In this document: positions 1-12,069 of the stretch, in pieces
Layout: the number at the start of each line of letters is the position of its first letter
Numbering within the stretch: the stretch's first letter is position 1
From: Phoronis australis
Taxonomy: Eukaryota > Animalia > Phoronida
Length of the DNA stretch: 64,000 nt
Assembly: GCA_002633005.1 (NCBI GenBank)
Contig: NMRA01000072.1
Span: 330,952 to 394,951 of the forward strand
Direction of reading: 5' to 3'
Translations under genes and position numbers: made by a program
The notes under the pieces: model-generated
The model's input: the letters and a program-made list of their open reading frames with translations, nothing else
The model's database searches: none
What the model was told of the DNA's origin: nothing

Positions 1-183
1 TGTATTTTATTGTAGATTTAGAGTACAGTAATTTTAACATGTTCACTATTCAACACGACGCAGCACAAATATACATTGTAAAGTGGAAATCACTGACCAT
101 TGGCCATTCGCACTAAGTGCGCGTTTTCTTTTCATAATTTATCAATTTATTGTTCACGTGCTTTCTTAAATGTACTCCTTAAC

Positions 184-3100
184 TCAACACCAGCCGGGAG
201 ACCAGACATTCCCAAAGTTCTTAGGGTTTGATTTGTCCGGTTCCGGTAGTGGCCATATGGGTTTAACCATCTGCTTCTTGTACACATTTAATCTGGCCTC
301 TAGTCTTTTCACTACTTCAGGTAACTTTTCTGCCAGGTTGTTTCTTTCCTCGGGATCGACTGAAAGCAAAAATTGTGATAGCATACCTCTGTTACGTATT
401 AGATTGTTGTTTAATTACGCGAAATGTTAATTGCACGTTATACTTGAACGTTAGAAAATATTTTGAAATTTACAATACACAGGTCTGAAGCAAATCAATC
501 AATAGTACGAACCTCAGCTCAATTCTGCACAAGTTCGTTTGAAAGTGACTTTAGAGAATTTTAACGCTGCTTCCGTAAACAAAAATTCCAATCATATTAA
601 TGACGATTCTTGATCAGTGACGATTCTCCTGAATGTTGAACTTTGTTAGATTGTATAGATGCAATAAGAGTAAGATGGCACTAATCACTTGTTGCTGGTT
701 TGGAGATTGTCCTACAATCAGTCACCATCACTTACGACTTTCAGTTACATATACTTACACCTTATATTATACAAGTGCGTGAAGGGAGAGAACTTAAGGT
801 CAGACGCCTGTTCCGTCATAAACGCGTCTTTCTTCGGCCTAACCACGTGCTGATCTACCCCTGGCGACCTCATGTGACTTTTAGTTTCTTTTTCGTCTTG
901 CTCATATTCCGGTGGAATGTACCATTGATTACCGCCCGCAGTACCTGCCGACCATCTGATCAACTTGTAATCACCCACCCTGAATAATATTCAGCGAGAA
1001 ATAACTGTAATAGCAATTCATTTTGCAAGGCATCTGCTAATTTCAAGACAGTCAATAGCAGTGTGAAGGAGGTGACATGTCGGTCGATTTAAACCAACCC
1101 CAATCAAAAAACAAACTCAGACACGTCTTACTTGGAAGATGGTTTATACGCTGACATACGTTGCTGTGAGTTATGGATATGTTATCACAGAAAACACTCT
1201 TCGTTGTATATTTTCATTAAATGTGAAACAATTAATTAACTTACTAAAAGCTGTTTCGCTATATAGGCTGTGATGTACCTAAAGGTGGAAACAGTTCTAT
1301 GACCGCGCCTTCAGTGCGTTCCTCAGGACTCCAGTCCCGCGCTGACCTACTTTTACAAAATTGGACTGTTTCCGTACTAATTGCGATAGAGCTCTTTTAA
1401 AATGCGGGCGGAAAACAATTGCTATCTTGGCAATGAGAAATGTTTTAGACCTGAGTCTGTAAGTGTTCATCAGTTTGTTTCGTACGGTGGCCCGAAAGTA
1501 TCATCGCTACTTTTGTTTAAATATTTTTTCATTTTTCATTTTCCACCTAGGTGGAAATAATTCAACCTAGGTGGAAACTATTTTCACCTGGGTGGAAACT
1601 ATTTTCACCCGGGTGGAAACTATTTCAACCTAGGTGGATATTATTTTCACCCGGGTGGAAACTATTTCAACCTAGGTGGAAATTATTTCAACCTAGGTGG
1701 AAATTATTTCCACCTGGGTGAAAATAATTTCCACCTAGGTTGAAATAATTTCCACCCGGGTGAAAATAATTTCCACCTAGGTTGAAATAATTTCCACCTA
1801 GGTTGAAATAGTTTCCACCCGGGTGAAAATAGTTTCCACCCAGGTGAAAATAGTTTCCAACCACGTGAAAATAGTTTCCACCTAGGTTGAATTATTTCCA
1901 CCTAGGTGGAAAATGAAAAATGAAAAAATATTTAAACAAAAGTAGCGATGATACTTTCGGGCCACCGTAGTTTCGTGCATTTAAAGCCTAACGTCAAGGG
2001 AATTTTGTTACTTTAGATTATTAAGCTAACCAGATATTCCTAGCAAAGCTTGAGTAAAATAAGAAAACGCGAGTTCAATCACGCAAGTGTAAGCCCGTCG
2101 TAAAGCTGCCTTTTCGTGCCATGTTGCGTCACCGCGAGATCCCAGCACAAACAACAAAAGGTTGTATTATAGGGGTCTGCGGGTGTTATTCGCAGCTGTT
2201 TGAATTAAAAAGGTGATTCTCGCGGTGACGTAGACAAAAGCGAGCCAATACGCGTAACAGTTCGTTACCTCTGGCGATTTATGGCACTATGTGGGTTCAG
2301 AGCGATGCTCTTAACATACTGTAGGAACCAATTTTACATGTGTTACCGTTGAAGATATAAGCTTTAAGCTAAAGCCGCACGTATGAGAAATGCCGCTTAT
2401 ATTCAAACACAAAATAGAGGATTGCCGTGAATTTCCACAACAATGCTGTAATATCAAAACTCACCGAATAGCTGCGTTGCCTTCTGTCAAAAGTGACGTG
2501 TAGTTGTCAAGGTTGTACACGAACTCTGACCTCTGAGACACTCCCCCATTCATAACTAGGTCCGTCTGGTCAATACTGTCCACTTCTCGCGGAGCCTCGC
2601 CGCCAGCAAGATTTATGAAGGTGGTGAACCAGTCCACTGCATGAATCATCCTGATGGCAGAAACGCCGCATGAATGAAACTTGACAAAATCATTGACTAG
2701 ACAAGACAGAAATGCCGTTCATGGATCGAGTGTCGGTCCCGTATGCCCTCTATCAGTTTTGTTGTCTCGACTCTTTATTGCCACATTGGCTAAATTGGAA
2801 AACAAGATTGATTCACCGAAACGCGTGTTCATGCCTACGAGGCCTTCATTGGAGGGTTTAGTTGCAATCGTTATAGGCCCCACTCGAATCGGAACGGCCA
2901 CCGTACGTCTTTCACATAGGCAACAAGCTGCTTGGCAGTGATTTGACGGTGCTTATCACTACTTACACATTGAAGGATGCGCCGACACAAACTATCACTC
3001 GTTTCATTTCTCACAGGAGTAAATTATATGATTTGCAGTGACACCTCTTTTTCAAATTTAACTTCGTTATTGTAATGTACTCACTCGTTGCTGGTGTGCC

Positions 3101-4069
3101 CCTTTCTCTTGAGAAGAGGACTGTGTACGAAAGCCGTTCCCCGAGTACCACCCTCGTATATCGTGCCTTTATCACCACGCAACGGCCAATTAGATCCAGA
3201 GGAACGAACCATTCCGCCGTTCTAAGGACGCACAAAGTTCCATTTTACTATTCTATACAGTATGCTTTACTGAATCAACTCTCTAGTGGCGTCACAAGTT
3301 TAGTACAGAGAACAAGAAAAAGTGTTTCGAGTTTTTACTCGAGTTTGTAGCACAAATATAAGTGCAAACTTAAACTAGAAACTCATATGCGTTAACTATA
3401 TTGTATTCCAGCACAGCTTAGCAACCACTTATCTTGAGTACGCACAAAAGTAGTCTAGAAATTGTGAAAAATAATTTCGAGTTCGTTTCGAGTACAAATA
3501 TTAAATTCCGGGCCTTAATGCAGGCCACTTACCGTGAGCAGCAACAAAGATCTGCAACGCTTTGCGCTTCACTGACATTAGAAATAATTTCTGGGTTTGA
3601 AAAGAACCAAATAGTTTGATATTGCATGATACCAAACATAATTTGCTCAGCTGTGACGGCGGGTTAGTTACAGCTGCCGACAAGCAGTGCCGGCTCTAGA
3701 GAAACTGAATACAGACGCTTTATTGTAATCAACAATGTCAACCCAATCAAAGGATAGAAACACCACAACGTTGCTTTGCAAGACCGAAGAAAGTGGTTTG
3801 AGAAACTAGAACATGGATTTTGACTGTTAAGTTTCTAGCATGTCTTACATCCGTCGTGAAGACTATCAGTGTGTTGTTGTACAGCTTGCTTTTTTTCAAA
3901 GCTTCCACAACTTGTCCGACGCCGTCGTCTAACGCTGCCACCATTCCTGCTCAGAGAGAAAGAGAGTACTAACGGGCAACATTTTCCATTTTGTGATACC
4001 TACCCCCTTCTGGCTCCCGGCACGCACGTGCACACACAACCATACGCACACACACACACACACACACAT

Positions 4070-4116
<47 letters not shown>

Positions 4117-7100
4117 ACTAATCGCCCACGATTCGTTGCAACATACCAAATGATTCGACTCAAAAACATTGACCAATCACATGGCGTAATCTGCGACTGG
4201 TAAAGTATGGTGTAGAACCATGAGATGATTTTGTTGTCACTGGGTCAGATTAAGTCTCAATTAGTGAGAACATAAAAACATGACAATTCAACAACATGTC
4301 AATCAAAATTCAAATCGTGCATTGCTGGACTTTCTAGATTTACGTCACTAGGCCCGTTAGAGCAGGCCCATTTGTCGACATTTTGGATGTTTATTAGAGC
4401 GTTACAGGATTTAAAGCTTCTTTCATCATGTTCACCTGCCTAAAATAGGAAAATCGAATTTTAGCCATTTTACTCTTATAGAATTGATCATATGGTATTC
4501 CTTGCCGTAAGGAGTATTATGGGACCAATCCCATGAGAGTGAAAGTCCTAATTCCGTTTTCGTTTTTAGTAAGCTAAACAAGCTTTAACTAATGACTGAA
4601 GAAGTATGAGGAGTCTCTCTGGGAATTTTGCTGCTCCGAAATTTTTTAACTGATGACAATTTTTACAGGAAACGAGTATCTCTTGACATACCGCAGAATG
4701 TTCGCCTGTTCTTGTCCAAAATGTCGGAGCATCGTTGAGCGTATTCGTCTGGAGCCTGTGCGTGCATAAACAAAACATATATTTTTGAGGAATCGAAATT
4801 GAATGATGAACAAAGTCATAGATACAATATTTGGATAGGACAGAGTGTGTTTATGTTCTTAAAACTGTAAACAGCACAGTGAACAGTAACAAGGCCATGA
4901 AATCGGAACATCCATGTTTTTTTGTCGTATTCTTAGTGGGGGCGGACTCCTGTCCCTCTATGCGAATAAAGTGGCCAACTTTACCATCTATTGCAATAAA
5001 CATTCTCGGATGAGGTTTTTATGACAATTTTGAGTCCATTTTCGTAGTAGGCCTATGTTTTGTTAATATATTTCTGAATTTCCCAAATATCGACTGACCC
5101 ATCCCAACGGTGATTAGGACAAACAGAAAGAGCGGCAATAGTCACTTACAGGGTCCCAAATTTTGAGAACCAGTTTTCTCTACTGAATAACGGGCATCAA
5201 ACCCATTCTAAAAATCCAGGGCCCCTGTAAGCGCTGCGTACCCGCGAGAGAGAGCAATGTTGCCCGCAGCCGTACATTTGTAATATTACACGGCCATACA
5301 TTTGTAATATTACACAGCCACTGATGCCTCTTTCCTCTGATTTCTTCGTCACTTGTTGGATAGACATGTTTTTACCTCTTTTAATGTAATTATCGTCTGA
5401 TCGATTTGTTTACACGACAAGTTTCCACAGCGCCTGGTTAGTTTTTTCGCGTGTTGGGACATCTGCCGTCTGGACGGATATTACACGCCTAGCTGGTCGA
5501 CATCACTTCACAACGGCACCTTTAGCCAATCAGAGGACAAAACCATAAGTAGTCGTGTTATAAAATAGAGCGTGGTACTATCGAGTATCTCTATATATGA
5601 CGACCAACAATGCTACACATTAATGAAGGGGAGCGCTACCTTCATTAGTCACACCAATGAGCATCTGTTACAATCAAGGGTATGCTCTCAGTGAATCGCT
5701 GAGTGGAGCAAAAGAATCTGGGTGACTCACCTGCAGAGGGAAATGAGGACTTGTGTAAGGAAGATACAAGAACAATGGTCTAGAGGTGTTGTGTTGGTCG
5801 ATGATCTGAACGGCTCGCTGGGTATACAGGGTCTACAGAAAAAAACACAAAAATTTATAATCTGATTGTTGTACACATGAAGGCTGACTGTATTTGCGCA
5901 TTGAGACAGAAGAACAATGATCATGTATTTTGTATATGTATATGTTATAGCATTTATTTTGTACCCTTATTTTGGCCAAGTAAAGACCTTTATTTCAGCC
6001 AACTCCGAAATTATTTCGACAATCTTTGCTCTTTTTCATCAACTTTGGAAAGAAGACTTTTAAGTTGTAAAACATTTTTTTACCGCTCGCCGGGACATAT
6101 GTCCAACATAAATAATGCTCTATATAACTTGTGCACTCACTGGCCTTTCTTCCCAATAAACCAAACTTTGGTGACGCACTGTAATAATTCAGGCCATGCA
6201 CACTTAGACCCTACGTACAGGTAAACGTAGTGCCCGGTTACATGAAACAGTCCCAAGTAGGGACTTAACTAAGTTCCCTACATCTACTGTGTATTTTTGG
6301 ATTCGTGGAAACATCGATTGCCCTTTCCTGTATTATTTTAGTTTCGTTTCTAAATCAACTTTTGACTTTGATTCAAATCGAGAGTGAACTCTACGTTGAA
6401 TTGCCAGTATCTGTTTGGAATGCGTGAAGAAACTATTTGGTGTGTCCAGGATGTTTTGATGCTTTTTGTTTATTTACCCTCTGAAGGTTCAAGTTTACAT
6501 GTTGATGGCACAGGTTCACTAGAGAACAGCGGTATATTATTGTTGCATAGAGAGATTACAAAATTGACTGGTCGTTTCAATGATTGTGCAATTTGTAAAT
6601 TAAAGAGAAGATGTCGTGATCTACCCCCGTCAATAACCTTTCACCTGGTTCACCCCTCTGTGTTACAGCGCTGCCGAGATATGGGGCTTTAAGGAATATG
6701 AACAATGAAAAATGTACATGTCAAGTTTTTAGGGGTAGGCAGTTGTTGTTCAAACTCGGCAATTGTAGGAGAATGTGGTCGATTCCCATAGTTTACAAAA
6801 ATTTTGTATCCTGTATAAAATACTGGTTCAGAATACTGGAGATGCCTGGTAATCGTGGGGTAAAGGCTGCATATGATATGCTTTTTCAGTCAGACCTGAC
6901 CAGAAGATCTTATAATTGGGCCACGTTTCAAGGAAACCTCTGTATGTGTATGGTTTTTCAGATGTATGAATTAATCAGGGTGTGGTAAACCAAGCGTATT
7001 TCTTGACAATTTTAACTCAACGTGGCAACGACTGTTATTTGCAAGGCTGGCAATCTGATATCGAATGTAACGCGAAACTGCCTTACTATGTGAGGTATAA

Positions 7101-10100
7101 AACAGTGTATTGTCTTGAGAATTATCTAGAAGTAATTAGTATCCCACGTGTGTTTATTCAGTCTCTGACTCGATTGATGTTCAAATCATTCGTTACTTGT
7201 GGAAAGAGTCGCCACACAAATATTGCCTATGGAAATAGGTTGTGAGTAATGTACTTCGGGATGTGTAGAGGACGATTACCATCTTGTGTTTTTAGTTTGC
7301 AGTGCGTACCAAGACCTTCGGGTTAATACTTAACTGATCGTTTTTGTCATTCTCACACGACATCTAAAATTGGATATCTCATGAGATTTCCGGATTCCCT
7401 TCTTCTAAAATTCGCCCATCATGCTCTCAAGTGTCACCAATATAATATCCTGTTTGTAACGCACCTGACAATGCTCTGTCTTGAACATGTTATACTGTCG
7501 GCCTATGGCCATATGTATATATTTCAATAAATCACTGAAATTATCGAATAGAATTACTAGGGATCTTTTCATGTAACATACCCAATTTAAGGACTGAGTT
7601 CCTATGTATTTTCAATGAAGTCCGGGGTCTGATTTTAGTAATATTATTAGAAAACGTCATTAATCAAAGAAGAGCTCATAATAAAGAAGAAAAATTACAT
7701 CCGGGAGTCCATAAAGACACAAATACGCAAAAAGATTTAGGGACCTTAGTTAAGTTTAGTGCAACTGGCCACTGAGGCCCGCTTTGAAACAACTAATAGT
7801 CTGATTATTGCACACTTGTGTCGGAAAAACATGACCATGTATTTTGTATACATATATGTTATAGCACTTATTTTGAACCCTTATTTTGTCCAACTAAACG
7901 GCCTTTCTTTCAACGAACTCCGATCTTCTTTCGACAACCTCTGCTCTTTTTCCATCAACTTTGGAAAGAGGGCTTGTAAGCCGGAACGCATTTTATACCG
8001 CTCGCCGGGACATATGTTGAACATAAACACTATTCTATATAATTCGTGCACTCATTGGCCTTTCTTCCCTATAATAGAAACTTTGGTGACGCGTAGCAAT
8101 AATTCAGGCGAAGCACACTTAGACCCTACGTACAGGTAAAAATAGACTGCAGAGGGTTGTGGGCCTCTTTTGAAATTTCTTTGAAGGAAACCATCTTACC
8201 GTGGCGTATTCACCATCTTTGTCGCGGACCGGTTCCCTGTTGTCTCTGAAGTCCAGAGCGGAAACTGGTCCTGGCCACGGGTTACCTAGAGTCTTATGTG
8301 TGAAATAGTCGACCGCGCCTGAATAAGTCCCGTAAAATGATTCGAAACCACGAAAGGTAGGAGTACAGTTCCAGTTACAGAAGCCGAGATGCCACCTTCA
8401 AAACAAAATTGCTGATTTTTGATGAAACTCGATTTGTGTTCTATATGATGTACCGAAGTCCAAACGCTCACGTGAAAATATCATGATAAGTGAAATAGAA
8501 ATGTTGCCCCTTTATATCACGCTGTGATAATGGTAATTACTTATTATTTTGTTATTTACTTAGATCTATAGGTCCTCCAGACGTTATTAACATATCACAT
8601 AAAGATGAATAAACGCGACTTACGCAGACATAAGAGATGACAAATGTACGCCATAAAGGAAATGTCTACAAAGTCGCAAGTTCAACAGTAGCGGACTCAC
8701 TTTCCAACAATGTGAGTTGCGTAACCTTGCTCTTTCAAATACTGAGGAAGTATTTTTATGTCAGTGGGCAGGCAGGATGGTTTGTTACTAAACATCGCCA
8801 GATGCTGTAGTCCCGTCCGGAATGGATAACGGCCTGTCAGAAAGGCGTTTCGGGAACTGAAAGATCAAGAAGATAATTATGTAATCAACAGAGGTAATTT
8901 ACATCAATAACAAGTGGTCACAATTTTTATTTTACCGTATCGATCTTTTTATCCTCTCAAATTTCGTCTAGTAATAAATTGATTTTTTTGCCTTTAAATC
9001 CGATGCCTTTGAAAGGGACATTTATTTTTAGCGGTTTTATGACCGAAAAGCGCATTAAATCAAAATTTTTAGGAATTAGTCTTGAATGGGAAAGACTTTG
9101 ACCAAGATGAGAGGAATAAACCAACAAACTTAGTGGTGTTTTTTTTATTGTATTACAAATTGCTAATTCTCGACGTTATTTGCTAGACATTTCTGAAATC
9201 AAGAATAGTGACTTGATCAGTTAAATACACTTTAAATAGACGATCGACTTATCGACTTGGCGCACGTTCGTCCACAGACAAACTGAAATTCTCTTATTAA
9301 TGGACAGTGGTTTGTCATATACTTTGTAAAGACTGTACGTACGCGGTGCAGAGTGGCTGAACATAAGACTGTGTCAAGATCACCCCAGATTTTGCAAGCT
9401 CATCCAACTGTGGGGTCTTCATGTACGGGTTGTTGTAACCAATATCCGCGTGACCTGAACGAGAGTAATTAATTCAAAACGGCATTAAACCGCCCTCCTC
9501 CACAAAAACTAACTTCAAATTTGTCCCACTTGCCGTATCGGTTTCAAACTGTTCCTGATTTCGAAGTGACTTCGAAAGAACAGACAGCTCCCGACGTTAT
9601 TACTTCAGATGACCCCATAAGTTTCCATTTACATGGCTTTTCATGGATATCCTCCATTTCATGCGCAGAACATGGTCTTATGTAATAACGAAATGTCAGT
9701 TTTTTTATCGTTGGCCTCTCTTAGTAACAAATTAGGAGTGGTGGTGCAGTAGTAAGCCACGGTCTCTATCCGTCAGGTCGTGAGTTCGAGTCTGTGGTAT
9801 TTGCAGTTTTTCCTGTTTGACTCTTTCTCCTTTTTCCTTTTTTTTTCTTGGATAATACTTCGGGAATCAAGGAAAATGCTTGACTTTTAGAGGGAAAAAC
9901 AGAAAAATTTCCTGGGCGGGTGCTATGCGCAGCTACAATCGTGCGCAAATGTTTACAGACACAAAGAATGTTGCCCCCCTCTTGTGATATCCCGCTAGAT
10001 CTGCCACTGAGTAATGAGTGGAATTGCTTGATTTTTTGAAGTTCATAAGACTTGCGTAAGTTTTTCTCTGCCATGTTATTTAAAACATTCACAAGATGAT

Positions 10101-11426
10101 TCAGACATGTTAGTAACGCCAGAAACGTCTTGAGCTGAATTGATTGGCTCACATACGCGATTTAGTTTGCATTAAACACAAAAAATTAGTTTCAAGCACG
10201 AAAATTTGCTTGACGTGCGCGAAATAAAAACCAAAGTTTACCTTGGTTACTACCGTCGGAGGTCCTAAAGTCGTGAGTGCCCGAAAGTCGTGAAAGATCT
10301 TATTTCTGCGTGATCCCGCGACATCTAGCGTTGAAGTTTCCAGCATTCGCCTGCTTGCGAATGTTAAATGAATACCCGGACGTGTTGATATTCACAATAT
10401 GAAATGAGACAGTGAGTGGGTGGCTTCTTTTTACAAATGTATCTGAAAACAGCCTATTTCACTAATCCACTATTTGTGCATTTTCTGAATTTATTTTGGA
10501 AAATAAACATCGTTCAGATTTGTTTTAACACGCGTTCCAGGGGTGGCTTGAACAGTGTATCAAAATGTCCCTGGGTCGATCAAGTTTCGTAAGGCCAAAG
10601 CAATAAAATACAGAGAGATAATTTATGCTGGGTTCTTAGCGTTTTACTAAACAGCGTCATTGAAAACGTCTGTGCACATCGAAGTCACTGTGCAAAACAC
10701 ATAACAATTTATTTTAATTGAAACTGAATTAATAAACAATGCAATGTGTTTTTGTGTTGTCTAGAGTAACTGTAAGCACTGCAGTTGATTTGTGTGGTCT
10801 TAGTTCGTACATTTCCATCTAAACGAAACGGTCCGCCGACTTTAGGGCCTCATTCAAAATGGCCGGCGATATCAGCGACCGCCGTTTCAAAACTCTGCTT
10901 ACGGAGACAAACAAGGGTTAAGAATGGCAAAACACCTATATTTGTGAAGGCTAATATGTCCATGGCATCACATGAGCAGTTGCTAACGGACATTGGGTAA
11001 TATGACAATCAAATGTTTTTTTATGCTTAATTTCACGACTTTAGGCAAACACTCTATGGTCTCTGCTTTAGGTCACCGGTGTCTATGCTTAGTCATGAGA
11101 CCGGAAGTTTTGAATCCTGCTCACGTACTTTTGCGTTAGGCCGCGAGATTTCAAGAGTTGCGAATCTCTTTACGAGTATCTATTGTGTTACTTAATCTAT
11201 TTTTATACAAAACAGAGTTACCGAATATTTAGAAATTGGGCGTAAGCGTGTTCTTCTGAAGTTTTAGGCTTGACAGAGCAAGACCTAGTAGGTACTCACC
11301 AAGATCATCGGCCACAATGAAAACAATGTTAGGTTTTGGCTGCATCACAAACCTCATCGCTTCACATTTGTAGCTTAGGAGCAGTGTAAGGAAAACGCTA
11401 AAAAATGATGCGCCAAAGTGGGACAT
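184..11426 (-). CDS. ARSB: Arylsulfatase B-like sulfatase, tandem copy 1 (11 exons, about 524 aa; ARSB/ARSI/ARSJ family, exact orthology not established)
   Basis: GT-AG exons 11300-11426, 9343-9454, 8701-8856, 8200-8395, 5731-5832, 4692-4755, 3849-3946, 3085-3221, 2465-2650, 759-979, 184-359 total 1575 nt in one open frame. Motifs: signal peptide, [102 protein letters not shown]-terminal WSPGWC. Confidence 0.93.
1483..1969. mobile_element. Foldback/MITE-like palindromic element with internal 21-bp subrepeats and 6-bp TSD
   Basis: Termini TACGGTGGCCCGAAAGTATCATCGCTAC... are exact inverted copies. GTTTCG flanks both sides (1477-1482, 1970-1975). Absent from the paralogous intron (about 17481). 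Confidence 0.9.
1985..2363. mobile_element. Non-autonomous element with TTAA target duplication (Kolobok/piggyBac-like target)
   Basis: TTAA on both flanks, weak TIRs (agcctaacgtcaagg / ccgttgaagatataagct), and an empty TTAA site in copy 2 at about 17493. Confidence 0.6.
3324..3514. mobile_element. Half copy of the MITE at 24972-25370, inverted
   Basis: Reverse-complement similarity to 24972-25174. Confidence 0.6.
4046..4112. repeat. (CA)n microsatellite; paralogous tracts at 19052-19100 and 19252-19308
   Basis: Direct reading. Confidence 0.95.
5145..5231. mobile_element. Small hairpin element (about 87 bp); related copies at 20469-20555 and three in tandem at 40800-41075
   Basis: CTTACAGGG...CCCTGTAAG ends and an internal TGAGAACCAGTTT / AAACTGGTTCTCA-type stem shared among copies. 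Confidence 0.55.
6228..7774. mobile_element. Degenerate TIR element present only in copy 1, with a nested LINE fragment
   Basis: Inverted ends tagtgcccggttaca...acttaactaagttcccta and tagggaccttagttaagt...tgcaactggccactg. Confidence 0.5.
6700..7540 (+). mobile_element. Degenerate 3' end of a non-LTR retrotransposon (RTE-X-like ORF2 C-terminus)
   Basis: Broken ORFs [10 protein letters not shown]...[15 protein letters not shown]...[11 protein letters not shown]...SLTRL, then a remnant C..C..VEDDYH..VC..Y.DLR zinc-binding tail, followed by AATAAA near 7526. Clade assignment is from motif recall. Confidence 0.7.
9733..9797 (+). mobile_element. tRNA-derived SINE head (degenerate)
   Basis: A-box-like TGGTGCAGTAG and B-box GTTCGAGTC at tRNA-like spacing; no proper acceptor stem. 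Confidence 0.4.
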
Positions 11427-11577
11427 TGTTGCGTCCTGTCAGATCACTTTCAACAGTCGGTGCTTTCGGACTCTTCACTGTGTCGGCCCGCCGATAGACA
11501 GGCACCCGTCGAGTGTAATTCGTTTCGTCACGAGTTTTAATATCGTTGTTCTATTTTTGACCTCGCATGTTTTTACT

Positions 11578-11604
11578 CGAGCGTCCCAGTTACTGACCTC
11601 AAGT
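11578..11604 (-). promoter_or_regulatory. Conserved 27-bp upstream block of type A first exons (also 24654-24680, 24923-24949, 27687-27713)
   Basis: CGAGCGTCCCAGTTACTGACCYCAAGT is identical but for one position in four otherwise diverged promoter copies. Confidence 0.55.
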
Positions 11605-12069
11605 AGTTTACTCACGCAATAATCAGAAGATAAATTTCCTTCACTTCATAGACATCACATCTATAGTATTACGATTCACTTAAATTAAAAAATATAACAT
11701 TGGTCAGATCACAACTGATAACAAAAATGGCCGCCTCAAATAATGAATAGTCATTTTACAGTATGTTAAGCAAACAATTGTGCTGAATATACCAAATAGG
11801 ACTTTTCCTTTCAGTCGGCGTTTTTCCGTTGCTCCCAACTAGTCGATTCTATAGCCCAACAACAAGTTGGGAAGATGACCCCTGTAGCCAATATCTTACA
11901 CGACTGATTAACTCCATTCTGGCATTTATGTTTGGAGAGCCAGCTCTCTTTTGTTCGATAATTGCTCTTATCTCCAATAAGATCGTATCTACCCTGACTG
12001 GGCTGTGCTGTTAAAAATAAAAGTTAAGTTATAACATATTTGAACATAGACCAATAGCATTGCTGAACT

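Noticed and set aside
1704-1901. ORF with [14 protein letters not shown] heptad repeats
   Set aside because: Translation of the 21-bp subrepeat of the foldback element; no splice or coding context.
3869-4169. His-Thr and Cys-Val repeat ORFs
   Set aside because: Translations of the (CA)n microsatellite.
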